The translations under genes were made by a program, and so were the position numbers. Positions 1 to 8,996 of a DNA stretch of 64,000 nt are shown piece after piece. The DNA is taken from NCBI GenBank assembly GCA_022824225.1, contig JAJEAH010000045.1, forward strand, positions 13,110-77,109. Reading direction: 5' to 3'. This DNA is from Chloroflexota bacterium. GTDB lineage: Bacteria; Chloroflexota; UBA11872; VXOZ01. Position 1 is the stretch's first letter, and each line of letters begins with the position of its first letter. The notes under the pieces were generated by a model that was given only the letters and a program-made list of their open reading frames with translations, did no database searches and was not told where the DNA came from.

Positions 1-1
1 G

Positions 2-202
2 GACATCTTCACCATCGGCCAATACCTGCGCCCCTCCAAGAAGCACCAGAAGCTGGAACGCTACTACCGCCCGGAGGAATTTGCCGAACTGAAGAAGATC
101 GGCGAATCCCTCGGCATCCGCCACGTCGAATCCGGCCCCCTCGTCCGCTCCTCCTACCACGCCCGCGATCAGGTGGATACGCTCCACGAGAAGGCGGAGT
201 AG
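2..202 (+). CDS. lipA: Lipoyl synthase, C-terminal fragment (gene starts upstream of window)
   Basis: Frame-2 translation [54 protein letters not shown] matches the conserved LipA C-terminus; stop at 200-202. Confidence 0.8.
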   Translation, partial: DIFTIGQYLRPSKKHQKLERYYRPEEFAELKKIGESLGIRHVESGPLVRSSYHARDQVDTLHEKAE

Positions 203-230
203 GATTCTCGCCAACGAAGAACCCTCTTCC

Positions 231-360
231 GTGCCATTCCGAGCGCAGATCCCAGTCACCAGAGCGCAATTCTCTCTTACCGAGCGCAATTCTCTTTTAC
301 CAAGCGCAGTTGTCTGTCACCAAGCGCAATCCGCTGTCATTCCGAGCGCAGCGAGGAATC
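231..360. repeat. Tandem ~20-bp repeats (accRagcgcaRttctctYtt, x5) ending in a partial ggaatgac-family REP (gtcattccgagcgcagcgaggaatctagag)
   Basis: Direct reading. The last unit is the reverse complement of the core found at ~37281 and ~47606. Confidence 0.6.
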
Positions 361-618
361 TAGAGTGCCCTGACCATACGACTTCCCATCGCTGTGGCCC
401 CAAGGTCACTACCAATGCGGAGCGAAGAGAAGATGGATTCCGCGCCCCCGCACGGGCGCGAACTTGCGCGAGGATGACGGATCAAGTCTTGCTTTGTTCC
501 CGGTAGCGCGGGGGCTTGTCCCCCGCTCTTGGCGCGGAGAGCAGGCGCATTCCCCGGGGCGTCGCGTTGGAAAATGGAACGGGGAAAATTGGCCCTACCG
601 CGGACGCGGGTTGCTGGA

Positions 619-645
619 CGCAGGTCTCAAACCTGCGCTACCCGG
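619..645. repeat. REP type B hairpin (cgcaggtctcaaacctgcgctacccgg)
   Basis: Member of the GCAGGTnnCAAACCTGCGCTACCGG palindromic family that recurs in the window (1726, 23650-24110, 37340-37510 reverse orientation, 46654, 58291). Confidence 0.6.
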
Positions 646-923
646 AGGACGGCGGTCATCGCAGGTTGGCAGCGCCAATGTGTCCGGCTTCCGCTGCAGC
701 GGCTGATGTACCACGGTTGTGGGGCTTGTCCCCTCGTCGTCTGTGCCGCGCAGGGCGTCCGTCTCTTGCCAAATGGGAGCGAACGGAGCGGCCGGCGAAT
801 AGTGGAATTCGCGTGGGTGGGGGAGTGTTGGGCTAGACAAATCTGCCATTCACTATTCGGTCGCGTTTGTCGCAGACTGCTCTCGCCAGACCCCTCTCGC
901 GCTGGCGACATTGGGAGGACACC

Positions 924-1673
924 ATGGCGCAATGGTTTGAGGACGAATCCCTCTGGGTGGAGACGTACCCGTACATGTTCTCGCCGTCGCGCATCGCCGC
1001 CGCCGAGGTGGAGGTCAAACCGCTGTTAGCGTTAGCGGGCAACAGGCCGCAGAAGATTCTCGATCTTTGCTGTGGGCCGGGACGCTTTGCAGTACCCTTG
1101 GCGCGGCGCGGCTATCAGGTCACCGGTGTGGACAGGGCGGCGTTCTTCCTCGACAAGGCCAGAGAGCGGGCCGCCGCGGAAAACGTGGCGGTCGAGTGGG
1201 TTCATGAGGACATGCGCACATTCGCGCGGCCGGGGGCTTTCGATCTCGCCCTGAGCATGTTCACGTCGTTTGGCTATTTCGACGACAAGGATGAAGACCT
1301 CACGGTGCTGCGCAACATCCACGCGAGCTTGCGTCCGGGCGGCGCGTTCATCATGGACGTGGTGGGCAAGGAACTGGTGGCGCGCGACTTCAGGGCCGCC
1401 GAGTCACGCACGTATCCGGACGGCACGGTGGTAATCGACCGCCGTGAAGTCTTTGCTGACTGGACCCGCGTGCGCATGGAATGGACCATCATCAAGGGCA
1501 ATTCTGTGCGTGTCTTCACCATCGACCACACAGTCTACTCCGGCCAGGAACTCAAGGACCGGCTCGAAACCGCCGGCTTTGACGATGTACGGCTCTACGG
1601 CAGCATGGAAGGCGCTCCCTACGACCGCGCGGCGGAACGCCTGATTGCGGTCGGGCGTAAGCCTGCTCATTAG
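924..1673 (+). CDS. Class I SAM-dependent methyltransferase
   Basis: Motif I ILDLCCGPGRFAVPLARRGYQVTGVD, acidic loop and post-I motifs. GGGAGGA Shine-Dalgarno 6 nt before the ATG at 924; the ORF could extend to 867. Confidence 0.75.
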   Translation: MAQWFEDESLWVETYPYMFSPSRIAAAEVEVKPLLALAGNRPQKILDLCCGPGRFAVPLARRGYQVTGVDRAAFFLDKARERAAAENVAVEWVHEDMRTFARPGAFDLALSMFTSFGYFDDKDEDLTVLRNIHASLRPGGAFIMDVVGKELVARDFRAAESRTYPDGTVVIDRREVFADWTRVRMEWTIIKGNSVRVFTIDHTVYSGQELKDRLETAGFDDVRLYGSMEGAPYDRAAERLIAVGRKPAH

Positions 1674-1725
1674 GAAGAATTAAGAGAGGGAGGGCAATCA
1701 CAAGGACTGCCCCTACACAGAATGG

Positions 1726-1752
1726 GCGCAGGATTCAGACCTGCGCTACCGG
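1726..1752. repeat. REP type B hairpin (gcgcaggattcagacctgcgctaccgg)
   Basis: Same family as 619-645. Confidence 0.55.
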
Positions 1753-1839
1753 GGACGGTGGCGCTCAATGTGCTCACGCCTTTCACCGCAGCGGTCAATG
1801 CGACAGAATTGGGGGATAGCGGAACACTCAGCCCTCAGC

Positions 1840-2310
1840 CTATGAAGTCTTGCCAACGCTCGGCGCAGTTTTGCCCAGTGCACGCAGGTAGACACTGGCC
1901 TTGCCGTAGAAGATGTGCAACGCCTCTTTGTACACCTCTAGCTGAATCTGCGGCGGCAGGCTAAAGTGTCCCCGGTCGATCTGGCGCTTGCTGAAGTCGT
2001 CTTCGGAGAGACTCTCTATTGCAGTCCGCAATTCCCGATCAAGTGCGGCGTACCACGCGGACAGCAACGCTACGCTAGAAGCCATCCCCGGCTGCTGATT
2101 GCGGTAAGAAAAGTCCAGCCTGAACGTCCTGAATGATTCTATGTAAGCTTGCTCAACTTCGCCAATCTCGCGGCAAAGCTCACCCAGACTGGGATTCTGC
2201 GCGGTCGGCCGGTAGCCGAGGTCCTCATCGCCCAAAATCTCCATGAGTTGGTCGCGCAGCCCTTGGTACGTCTCAAAGATCGGGTAGTAGTGCGTGATGA
2301 TGCTATTCAT
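1840..2310 (-). CDS. DinB/YfiT-like (DinB_2 superfamily) metal-dependent protein
   Basis: Translation MNSIITHYYPIFETYQGLRDQLMEILGDEDLGYRPTAQNPSLGEL is typical of DinB_2-fold proteins. Start chosen at the internal Met with an upstream GGTGA. Confidence 0.6.
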   Translation of the reverse strand: MNSIITHYYPIFETYQGLRDQLMEILGDEDLGYRPTAQNPSLGELCREIGEVEQAYIESFRTFRLDFSYRNQQPGMASSVALLSAWYAALDRELRTAIESLSEDDFSKRQIDRGHFSLPPQIQLEVYKEALHIFYGKASVYLRALGKTAPSVGKTS

Positions 2311-2508
2311 AGTCTCACCATTGCCGTATAGTCGGGTTCGGTCAGGCGGCGCCTCTCTATTGTGTACCATGCGATAATGGGAAATGGGATAGAGCACTCA
2401 AGTCCCGCGCAAACTGCTGCTACCCTGAAAGACAAGCGAGCGTTTGCCGGTTGAGATTGCCCTTGGCAATGCGTCGAGCGGGCTTCACTACAGATTGGCG
2501 AAAGCATA

Positions 2509-2832
2509 GTGGCGAAACAGATAGAGGCCAAGCCGCAAATCACTGTACCGCGGGAGCAGATTGCCGCAATCTGCCGGCGGTATCACATTCGTACGTTGGC
2601 GCTCTTTGGCTCCGTGCTGCGCGAGGACTTTGCGCCCAACAGCGATGTTGACGTGCTGATCGAATTCGAGCCGGGGAAGACGCCGGGGTTCTTTACCATC
2701 GCCCGTATTGCGCGCGAGCTTGCGCCGCTGCTTGGCGGGCGTGAGGTAGATTTGCGCACCCCCCAAGACTTGTCCCAGTACTTCCGTGATGAAGTCGTCG
2801 ACTCGGCATTTCCGGTCTATGGATATTCATGA
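2509..2832 (+). CDS. MNT-type nucleotidyltransferase (antitoxin of a HepT/MNT pair), GTG start
   Basis: GSVLREDFAPNSDVDVLIEF equals the GSxxRGx(n)SDxD minimal nucleotidyltransferase motif. Overlaps the downstream HepT gene by 14 nt. Confidence 0.8.
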   Translation: MAKQIEAKPQITVPREQIAAICRRYHIRTLALFGSVLREDFAPNSDVDVLIEFEPGKTPGFFTIARIARELAPLLGGREVDLRTPQDLSQYFRDEVVDSAFPVYGYS

Positions 2833-3151
2833 TAGCGTGCGTCTTCAGCACATGCTGGAGGCGGCTCAGGAAGCGCCCGAATTCTCCCAAGGCGCCACGC
2901 GCGAAGATCTGGAAACGAATCGCATGTTGGCACATGCCTTAGTCGACTGTTTGAACATTATTGGTGAGGCGGCGCGACAAGTCTCACCGGAGACTCGCCA
3001 AGATTGCCCCGCAATCCCATGGCAAGAAATCATCGGCATGCGCAACAGACTCGTGCATGCCTATTTTGACATCAACAACGACGTTGTTTGGCAGACGGTG
3101 AAAGAAGACCTGCCCTCGCTCGTCGCGGCGCTGGAACAAGGAAACCCGTGA
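2819..3151 (+). CDS. HepT (DUF86) RNase toxin
   Basis: C-terminal RNRLVHAYFDI equals the Rx4HxY catalytic motif of HepT; ~110 aa; coupled to the upstream MNT. Confidence 0.8.
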   Translation: MDIHDSVRLQHMLEAAQEAPEFSQGATREDLETNRMLAHALVDCLNIIGEAARQVSPETRQDCPAIPWQEIIGMRNRLVHAYFDINNDVVWQTVKEDLPSLVAALEQGNP

Positions 3152-3891
3152 CAACCGGACAGCAGCACAGTTGCGCGTTGGTATGCCTCGGCCTCGTGCC
3201 CTACCGCGCCGCGTGGGAGTTGCAGCGGCGCTTGGCGCAGGCGCGGCATGCTGGAGACATTCCCGATGTTGTGCTGCTGCTGGAGCATCCCCACACGTTC
3301 ACCATTGGGCGCAGGGGCGGCGCGGGTGAGGTGCTCGCCTCGCCCGCACACCTGGAGAGTCTCGGCGCGGACGTAATCGAAGTGGACCGCGGCGGACTGG
3401 CGACGTATCACGGGCCGGGGCAACTCGTGGGCTATCCCATCCTGGATCTGCGGCAACCCGGTCGGGAGGTGCGCCGCTACCTGCGCGACCTGGAACAAGC
3501 CCTCATCGCGGCGCTCCGGGAGATCGGCTTGCCGGCGGGGCGCGTGGAGCAGAAAACGGGCGTGTGGGTGGCCGACCGCAAGATCGCGTCCATCGGCGTG
3601 CGCTTCAGCCGGTGGATCAGCAGCCACGGGTTTGCGCTGAACGTCACCACAGACCTGAGCTACTTCAACCACATCGTGCCCTGCGGCATGCCGACGGTTC
3701 AAATGACGTCTGTTGCGCAGGAGTCGTCCGCCGCGCGGGAGAATGGCGCTGCGGACATGGCTATGCTCCGCGTGCGCGTGGCCCACCATCTGGCGCGGGT
3801 ATTCGCTCTCCGCTACGTCGATGAACCACCGGCCGCACTGCGGGAGTTACTTGGCGCACTGGCGCAAGATAGCGTGGAAGCCTTGCGGTAA
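3148..3891 (+). CDS. lipB: Lipoyl(octanoyl) transferase
   Basis: LVCLGLVPYRAAWELQRRL...LLLEHPHTFTIGRRG...KIASIGVRFSRWISSHGFALNV matches LipB. GTG start with an AAGGAAAC Shine-Dalgarno. Confidence 0.8.
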   Translation: MTTGQQHSCALVCLGLVPYRAAWELQRRLAQARHAGDIPDVVLLLEHPHTFTIGRRGGAGEVLASPAHLESLGADVIEVDRGGLATYHGPGQLVGYPILDLRQPGREVRRYLRDLEQALIAALREIGLPAGRVEQKTGVWVADRKIASIGVRFSRWISSHGFALNVTTDLSYFNHIVPCGMPTVQMTSVAQESSAARENGAADMAMLRVRVAHHLARVFALRYVDEPPAALRELLGALAQDSVEALR

Positions 3892-3939
3892 GTCTATTCC
3901 TAAGAAACTCCTGTTACAAATACGCGCGGCTCAGATAAG

Positions 3940-4050
3940 ATGGATTCCCGCGTGCGCGGAATGACGGATATTGATGGCGCTGGCTTTCGATGTAGGGGCA
4001 CGACATGTCGTGCCCCTACGAGACTCGTAGCGCGGGGGCTTGTCCCCCGC
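3940..4050. repeat. BIME-like mosaic: ggattcccgcgtgcgcggaatgacgg hairpin + REP type A (gtaggggcacgacatgtcgtgcccctac) + REP type C (gtagcgcgggggcttgtcccccgc)
   Basis: Three perfect or near-perfect palindromes in series. Type A and C copies recur at 8463-8716, 47544, 53361-53474, 54655 and 61733. Confidence 0.65.
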
Positions 4051-4263
4051 CTCTTGTAGCTCATGTGACTTCGCACTTGGACTAACGCTTCCGCGAAACT
4101 GCGGCTCGCGCCCACACTGCTCTTCCCTCTCGGAGATGTTCGGCCTCGCTACCCTGTCATATCCCGCGTGCAAACTTGCCCGCAGCCAGTGTGCGGGGTA
4201 CACTTGCGCTCAATGCGGCGTCTGCGGCGATGTCAGTTTTTACCATCCGAACAAGCGTAGCCC

Positions 4264-5532
4264 ATGGCAACCCCGGCAGGATCTTCTTCGGAGAAGCTGA
4301 CTACCGCGCAAGACCCGTCGCCTTCTAACGTCTACGCGCTTACGTGGGTTGCGATGTCCGCCTTCTTCGTCATCCTCTTCTTCAACGTCGGCGCCGCCAA
4401 TCCGCCCCGCGCGCAACTGCCAGTCTACGTGGAAAGCGAACTGGCGCGGGCGCCCATCGTCACGTCCATCGTCCAGTCCACGTTCCATATCGTCTTTGCG
4501 GCCATGCTGTTGGTGGGCGGTTTCTTGGCCGACCGTTTTCGTCCCAAGCGGACCTTCATCATCGGCTTGCTTTCGCCCGCAGTCGCCGGTTTTCTGTTGA
4601 TCGCGCAAGAGGTCTGGCTGCTCGTTGTGGCGGCGGCGCTCACCGGCGCGTTCTTTGCGTTGCACGCCGCCGGCAGCCGGGCGTATCTCGTGCTGGCGGT
4701 GCCGCTCAAGCGTATGGGACTATTAGGCAATCTCTATGAATTGGGCTTTACGTTGGGTGCGGCACTCGGCAACGCAGCCGTCGGCATCATTGCCGCGCGT
4801 TCCGGCTTTCAGCTTGCCGGCATCATCATCGTCGGCTTGGGTGTGGTCACGGCGGTCGCGGCCCAGGTCTGGTTGCCGCCGGTGCAGCCGAAGGTGGTGA
4901 GCGCCGAACCCATTACGCTGGGTAGCTACTGGCAGATGATGCGCCGCCGCTCCGTGCAACTGCTGCTCTTGCTGCGCGCGCTGCCGACCATCTACTGGTC
5001 CACCGGACAACTCGTCATTGGCATCCAGCTACTGCGCCTGACAGACTCGCCGGTGGCGCCGGCGCTCTTCTACGCCGTCAGCCTCATGGCCATTGGCACA
5101 ACCATGATGCCGGTGGGCTGGGCCGCCGACCGGTGGGGCAGCGGCTATCCGGTGTTGGCATCCACCATACTCGTCATCGGCGGTTCGGTGTTGGCGGCAA
5201 TCTTCATCGGCAATGCGTGGGGACTGGCCGCCGGGGCATTCGTGGGGCATCTCGGCGCGTGGTGGCTGTCGGGGCTCTTTCCGCTGCTGGTGGCGGAAAG
5301 CGGCGCCCACGACGAACAGGGCCGCCTCGCCGCGGTTACGGAAATGGCCTGGAGCCTGGGCGCGGTGGTCGGCAGCTTGGGCGCGGGCGTACTCCTTACG
5401 GTCCATCTCAGCGGCCCGTTCATTGTGGCGGCGTGGCTGAATATCCCCACGCTGTTCATCGCCATGCTCGTTGCCAGCGGACGGCATCGGGCCCGGACAC
5501 CCGCGCCCGCGGCGGCGAGCGAAGCCGGATAA
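4264..5532 (+). CDS. MFS transporter
   Basis: ~12 predicted TM helices with an MFS-like GxLaDRxGrK-type loop (GGFLADRFRPKRTF). Confidence 0.75.
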   Translation: MATPAGSSSEKLTTAQDPSPSNVYALTWVAMSAFFVILFFNVGAANPPRAQLPVYVESELARAPIVTSIVQSTFHIVFAAMLLVGGFLADRFRPKRTFIIGLLSPAVAGFLLIAQEVWLLVVAAALTGAFFALHAAGSRAYLVLAVPLKRMGLLGNLYELGFTLGAALGNAAVGIIAARSGFQLAGIIIVGLGVVTAVAAQVWLPPVQPKVVSAEPITLGSYWQMMRRRSVQLLLLLRALPTIYWSTGQLVIGIQLLRLTDSPVAPALFYAVSLMAIGTTMMPVGWAADRWGSGYPVLASTILVIGGSVLAAIFIGNAWGLAAGAFVGHLGAWWLSGLFPLLVAESGAHDEQGRLAAVTEMAWSLGAVVGSLGAGVLLTVHLSGPFIVAAWLNIPTLFIAMLVASGRHRARTPAPAAASEAG

Positions 5533-5556
5533 TACACTCAATAGCACGGGAAGCAG

Positions 5557-6810
5557 GTGCAGCACATGGTGGCAAGTTTGCGCGCGCGCATGGGCCAATT
5601 CGCCTCGTGGCGTTCCGTCTCGATCATGTTCGGGCTCTTGTTCGTGAACCTCGTGTTCATGAGTCCGGCCCAGGGCCTAATACCCGTATTCGTCGAAAAA
5701 GTGCTGGAGCAGCCGCCATTCTTCACGGCCATGGTCGTTTCGCTGCATACGGCGGTCTATGGCGCAATGCTGCTCGTCGGCGGCGTGCTGGCCGACCGGT
5801 TGGGCGCCAAGTGGACGCTGGTGCTGGGATTCTGCGGGGCCGTCGCCGTGGGTCTCATGCTGCAAACGAAGACGACGTGGCTGCTGCTTGTCATCGCGCC
5901 GGTGTTCGGCCTGCTCTTTTCATTCATGACAACCGGCAGCCGCACGTATCTTGCGCGTGTTCTGCCCTTGGGACAAATGGGGATTGGCGGCGCGCTCTAC
6001 TTTCTGTGCCTGACCGTCTCCATGGCGGTCGGCAGCGCCATCGGCGGCAGGATTGCCGATACGGCGGGCTTTGCCACCCTCGGCTTGATTGCCATCATTG
6101 CCGGTATAGTGCTCGTGCCGCTGACTGCCGTGCTCCTGCCCGCCGTGCGGTCTGAAAGCGACACGTCGGAAGACGATGACGCCTCTGAACGCGCGGCCGC
6201 CTTCTCGGATTACCTGACTCTCTTGCGCAACCCGCGCATACTTTCCCTGTGCGGCCTGCGCTTTAGCGCCACCTATTTCTACGGCACCATGAACTTGCTC
6301 CTGGTGCTCCAGCTCTTCCGGCTCACGGACTCGGTCACGTTCGTGGGGCTGTACGGCAGCGCCATCCTGTTCATCATCGGACCGACCCAATTGGTGATCG
6401 GCTGGGTAGCGGACAAGCGCGGCCGGGAAGGGCCGGTGCGCTTGGCGGCGGTGTTCGTATTGTGCGGCGCGGTGCTCATTACGCTGCTCATCAACAACGT
6501 GTGGGGGCTGGCCGCCAGCGGTTTGCTGGCAAACATGGGCGCGTGGTGGTTCTCGGGGCTCTATCCCAAGCTCGTGGTGGAAGCCGGCCCGCCGGAGGAG
6601 CAGGGACGCCTCATCGCCATCACCGAGTTCTTCTGGGCGGTGGGCATCCTGGCGGGCACGCTCATTTCCGGCGCGCTGGTGTCCGTCTTCCTGCGGCTGC
6701 CGTTCATCGTCTGCATCGGCGTTACCATCCCCATGTTTCTCTTGGCCCTACTGGTGGCAAAGGGCTACCACCGCGCGCCTGACGACTCGTCTGCGGCGGA
6801 GGCTGGGTAG
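5557..6810 (+). CDS. MFS transporter (paralog of the upstream gene)
   Basis: Same architecture (GGVLADRLGAKWT); tandem paralogs. Confidence 0.75.
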   Translation: MQHMVASLRARMGQFASWRSVSIMFGLLFVNLVFMSPAQGLIPVFVEKVLEQPPFFTAMVVSLHTAVYGAMLLVGGVLADRLGAKWTLVLGFCGAVAVGLMLQTKTTWLLLVIAPVFGLLFSFMTTGSRTYLARVLPLGQMGIGGALYFLCLTVSMAVGSAIGGRIADTAGFATLGLIAIIAGIVLVPLTAVLLPAVRSESDTSEDDDASERAAAFSDYLTLLRNPRILSLCGLRFSATYFYGTMNLLLVLQLFRLTDSVTFVGLYGSAILFIIGPTQLVIGWVADKRGREGPVRLAAVFVLCGAVLITLLINNVWGLAASGLLANMGAWWFSGLYPKLVVEAGPPEEQGRLIAITEFFWAVGILAGTLISGALVSVFLRLPFIVCIGVTIPMFLLALLVAKGYHRAPDDSSAAEAG

Positions 6811-6902
6811 GACCGCGGGGGCCGGTTTTGCGCGTCTGTCACGCGGCGGGGTGTATAATCTGGGAACGTAGCGCGCGGCAACCGGAGAAGGATGGCAGAG
6901 CC

Positions 6903-7691
6903 ATGATCATAGACGTGCACGTCCACACGCGATTGGGGCCGGACCCCGCCGGGTTTCAGTATTTGCTGGACCAGGCGGCCGAGCTTGACGTAACGCTCTG
7001 CGTGAACAGCCTCAGCCCGAAAGACGGCTCAGGCATGGCGCAGAGTCCGGACTTGGACGAAGTGAGACGCTGCAACGACTGGACCGCGGAACTCGCCGCC
7101 GCGCACCCGGAGCGCATCATTCCCATGTGGTACCTCAATCCCGCGCACGGTGACGCCGCCTGCCGGGAGCTTGAGGAGCGCGTGGCGGCATACTCTGGTC
7201 ATCAGGGCGTCAAACTCTGGGTGGCGGTGCGCTGCAACGACCCTCTGCTCGATCCCATCATGCGCATCTGCGCCAAGCACAAATTGCCGGTGCTCCAACA
7301 CACGTGGTTCAAGGTTACGGGCAATCTGCCGGGTGAATCGACGCCCATGGACTTGCGGGAACTTGCGCTGCGGCATCCGGACGTGAGCTTCTTCTGGGGC
7401 CACTCCGGCGGTGACTATGAGTACGGGGCCAAGTGCGCCCGCGGCTTGCCCAACGTTTACATGGACCTGGGCGGCGGCGAGGCTATGAACGGCTACGTCG
7501 ATCTGCTGGTGGAACATGAGACGGCAGACCACATCGTCTTCGGCAGCGACGCGCCGGGCCGTTCGCTGGTTTCCCAGCTTGCCAAGGTGTACGGGGCGGA
7601 CATCAGCAGAAAAGAAAAAGAGAAGATCCTCTTCCGTAACGCGCAGGCCTTGTTCGCCCAACAGAATCTCGCCAATGGAGCCGCGTCATGA
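6903..7691 (+). CDS. Amidohydrolase-2 family TIM-barrel metal-dependent hydrolase
   Basis: N-terminal IIDVHVHT (HxH metal ligands) and C-terminal HIVFGSDAP (Asp ligand). Shine-Dalgarno GAAGGATGG. Confidence 0.7.
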   Translation: MIIDVHVHTRLGPDPAGFQYLLDQAAELDVTLCVNSLSPKDGSGMAQSPDLDEVRRCNDWTAELAAAHPERIIPMWYLNPAHGDAACRELEERVAAYSGHQGVKLWVAVRCNDPLLDPIMRICAKHKLPVLQHTWFKVTGNLPGESTPMDLRELALRHPDVSFFWGHSGGDYEYGAKCARGLPNVYMDLGGGEAMNGYVDLLVEHETADHIVFGSDAPGRSLVSQLAKVYGADISRKEKEKILFRNAQALFAQQNLANGAAS

Positions 7692-8458
7692 TCGATGCCA
7701 ACGCAAATCTGGGAAATTGGCCGTTCCGCCAGTTGCGCTACACCACACCGGCTGCATTGCTCGGCAAGATGGACGCGCTCGGCATCGAGCAGGCGGTGGT
7801 TTCGTCGCTTGAGAACGTCTTCTACAAAGACCAACTCTCCGGCAACCGCCAACTGTATGCGCAGGTAAAGGGCCACGTGGATCGCTTCCTGCCTGCTTTC
7901 ACCATCAACCCAACCTTTCCGGGTTGGGAAGAGGACCTGGCAATCTGCATTCAGGAATTCGGCATGCGCGTCATGCGGCTGCATCCGAACTATCACCAGT
8001 ACGCGCTTGATTCAGCGCAGGGCGCAGCGGCGCTGGAAGCGGCCCGGGCGCACAACTTCACTGTGATTGTCACGACTGGCATCGAGGATACGCGCCACCA
8101 TCACCCCTTGGTCAAAGTACCCGACGTGCCGAGTGAGCAGGTGGCATTGGCGGTTTCCGCTTTCTCCGACGTGCGGTTTCTCGTCGCGGCGGCGAATTTC
8201 TCAAGCATAACGGCCATCCGGTCGCATTGCGCGCAGCCGCAAAACCTCTCCTTCGAGGTTTCCCGCGTGCAGGGGCCGGTAGGGGACATCGAGAAGCTCT
8301 GCGCCACGCTGGGCGCCGATCGCGTGCTCTTTGGTTCCAACCTGCCGCTGCATGTACCGGAAGCCGCCAAGATGGCGGTCGAGCACGCCAAGATCAGCGC
8401 AGTCGAACGCGAGAAGATTGTGCGGGGCAACGCCGCGCGGCTGTTCGGGTTGGAATGA
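7688..8458 (+). CDS. Amidohydrolase-2 family protein, second paralog (LigI/LigW-like)
   Basis: MIDANANLGNWPF N-terminus and RVLFGSNLPL C-terminus. Start overlaps the upstream stop (ATGA). Confidence 0.65.
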   Translation: MIDANANLGNWPFRQLRYTTPAALLGKMDALGIEQAVVSSLENVFYKDQLSGNRQLYAQVKGHVDRFLPAFTINPTFPGWEEDLAICIQEFGMRVMRLHPNYHQYALDSAQGAAALEAARAHNFTVIVTTGIEDTRHHHPLVKVPDVPSEQVALAVSAFSDVRFLVAAANFSSITAIRSHCAQPQNLSFEVSRVQGPVGDIEKLCATLGADRVLFGSNLPLHVPEAAKMAVEHAKISAVEREKIVRGNAARLFGLE

Positions 8459-8462
8459 GGGT

Positions 8463-8716
8463 GTAGGGGCACGACTGCCGTATGTCGTGCTCGCCTGTCG
8501 CTTTTCTCGTAGGTAGGGGCACGACATGTCGTGCCCTTACCGTGGTTGACTGTCCGGGAAGCGGCAATCTGATCCTGGCTTTCGACGCTAAGACGACAGC
8601 ATTGGGGGACAAGCCCCCGCGCTGCGGAGGCGGTAGAGAAGAGCCCCGTTACCCGCGCCATGGAACGTGGCGGGCCCCGCGCTGCGGAGGCGGGGGACAA
8701 GCCCCCGCGCTACAAG
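8463..8716. repeat. REP cluster: two type A copies and three type C copies with the internal duplication ccccgcgctgcggaggcgg
   Basis: Direct reading; convergent intergenic region between the amidohydrolase and argB. Confidence 0.65.
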
Positions 8717-8773
8717 AGCTCAAACAAGCTCAGCACAGGCCTGCCGAAAGGTGAACGGCGGGTTGGTTTTGGC

Positions 8774-8830
8774 GCACTGTACTACCCGTTCGTGCTGAGC
8801 CTGTCGAAGTATGAACGGGTAGTACAGTGC
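8774..8830 (+). other. Long perfect hairpin element (23-bp stem including G-U pairs, 13-nt loop tgagcctgtcgaa); paralog at 18514-18569
   Basis: gcactgtactacccgttcgtgc / tgagcctgtcgaa / gtatgaacgggtagtacagtgc. Coordinates anchored to the ORF-track frame. Confidence 0.5.
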
Positions 8831-8857
8831 CCATCGGTCTTGAGCGACAGCCGTAAC

Positions 8858-8996
8858 GTGTCAGGCATCGACGGCCCCGACGTGCCGGGCATCGACAGCC
8901 GCGACGTGCCGGGCATCGACAGCCGTGACGTGTCAGGCATCGACGGCCGCGACGTGCCAGGCATCGACAGCTGCGAATTGCCTGGTATCAACGGCC
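8858..8996. repeat. 24-bp minisatellite (gacgtgccgggcatcgacagccgc, ~6 units)
   Basis: Direct tandem units with point variants; produces artefactual repetitive ORFs on both strands. Confidence 0.7.
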
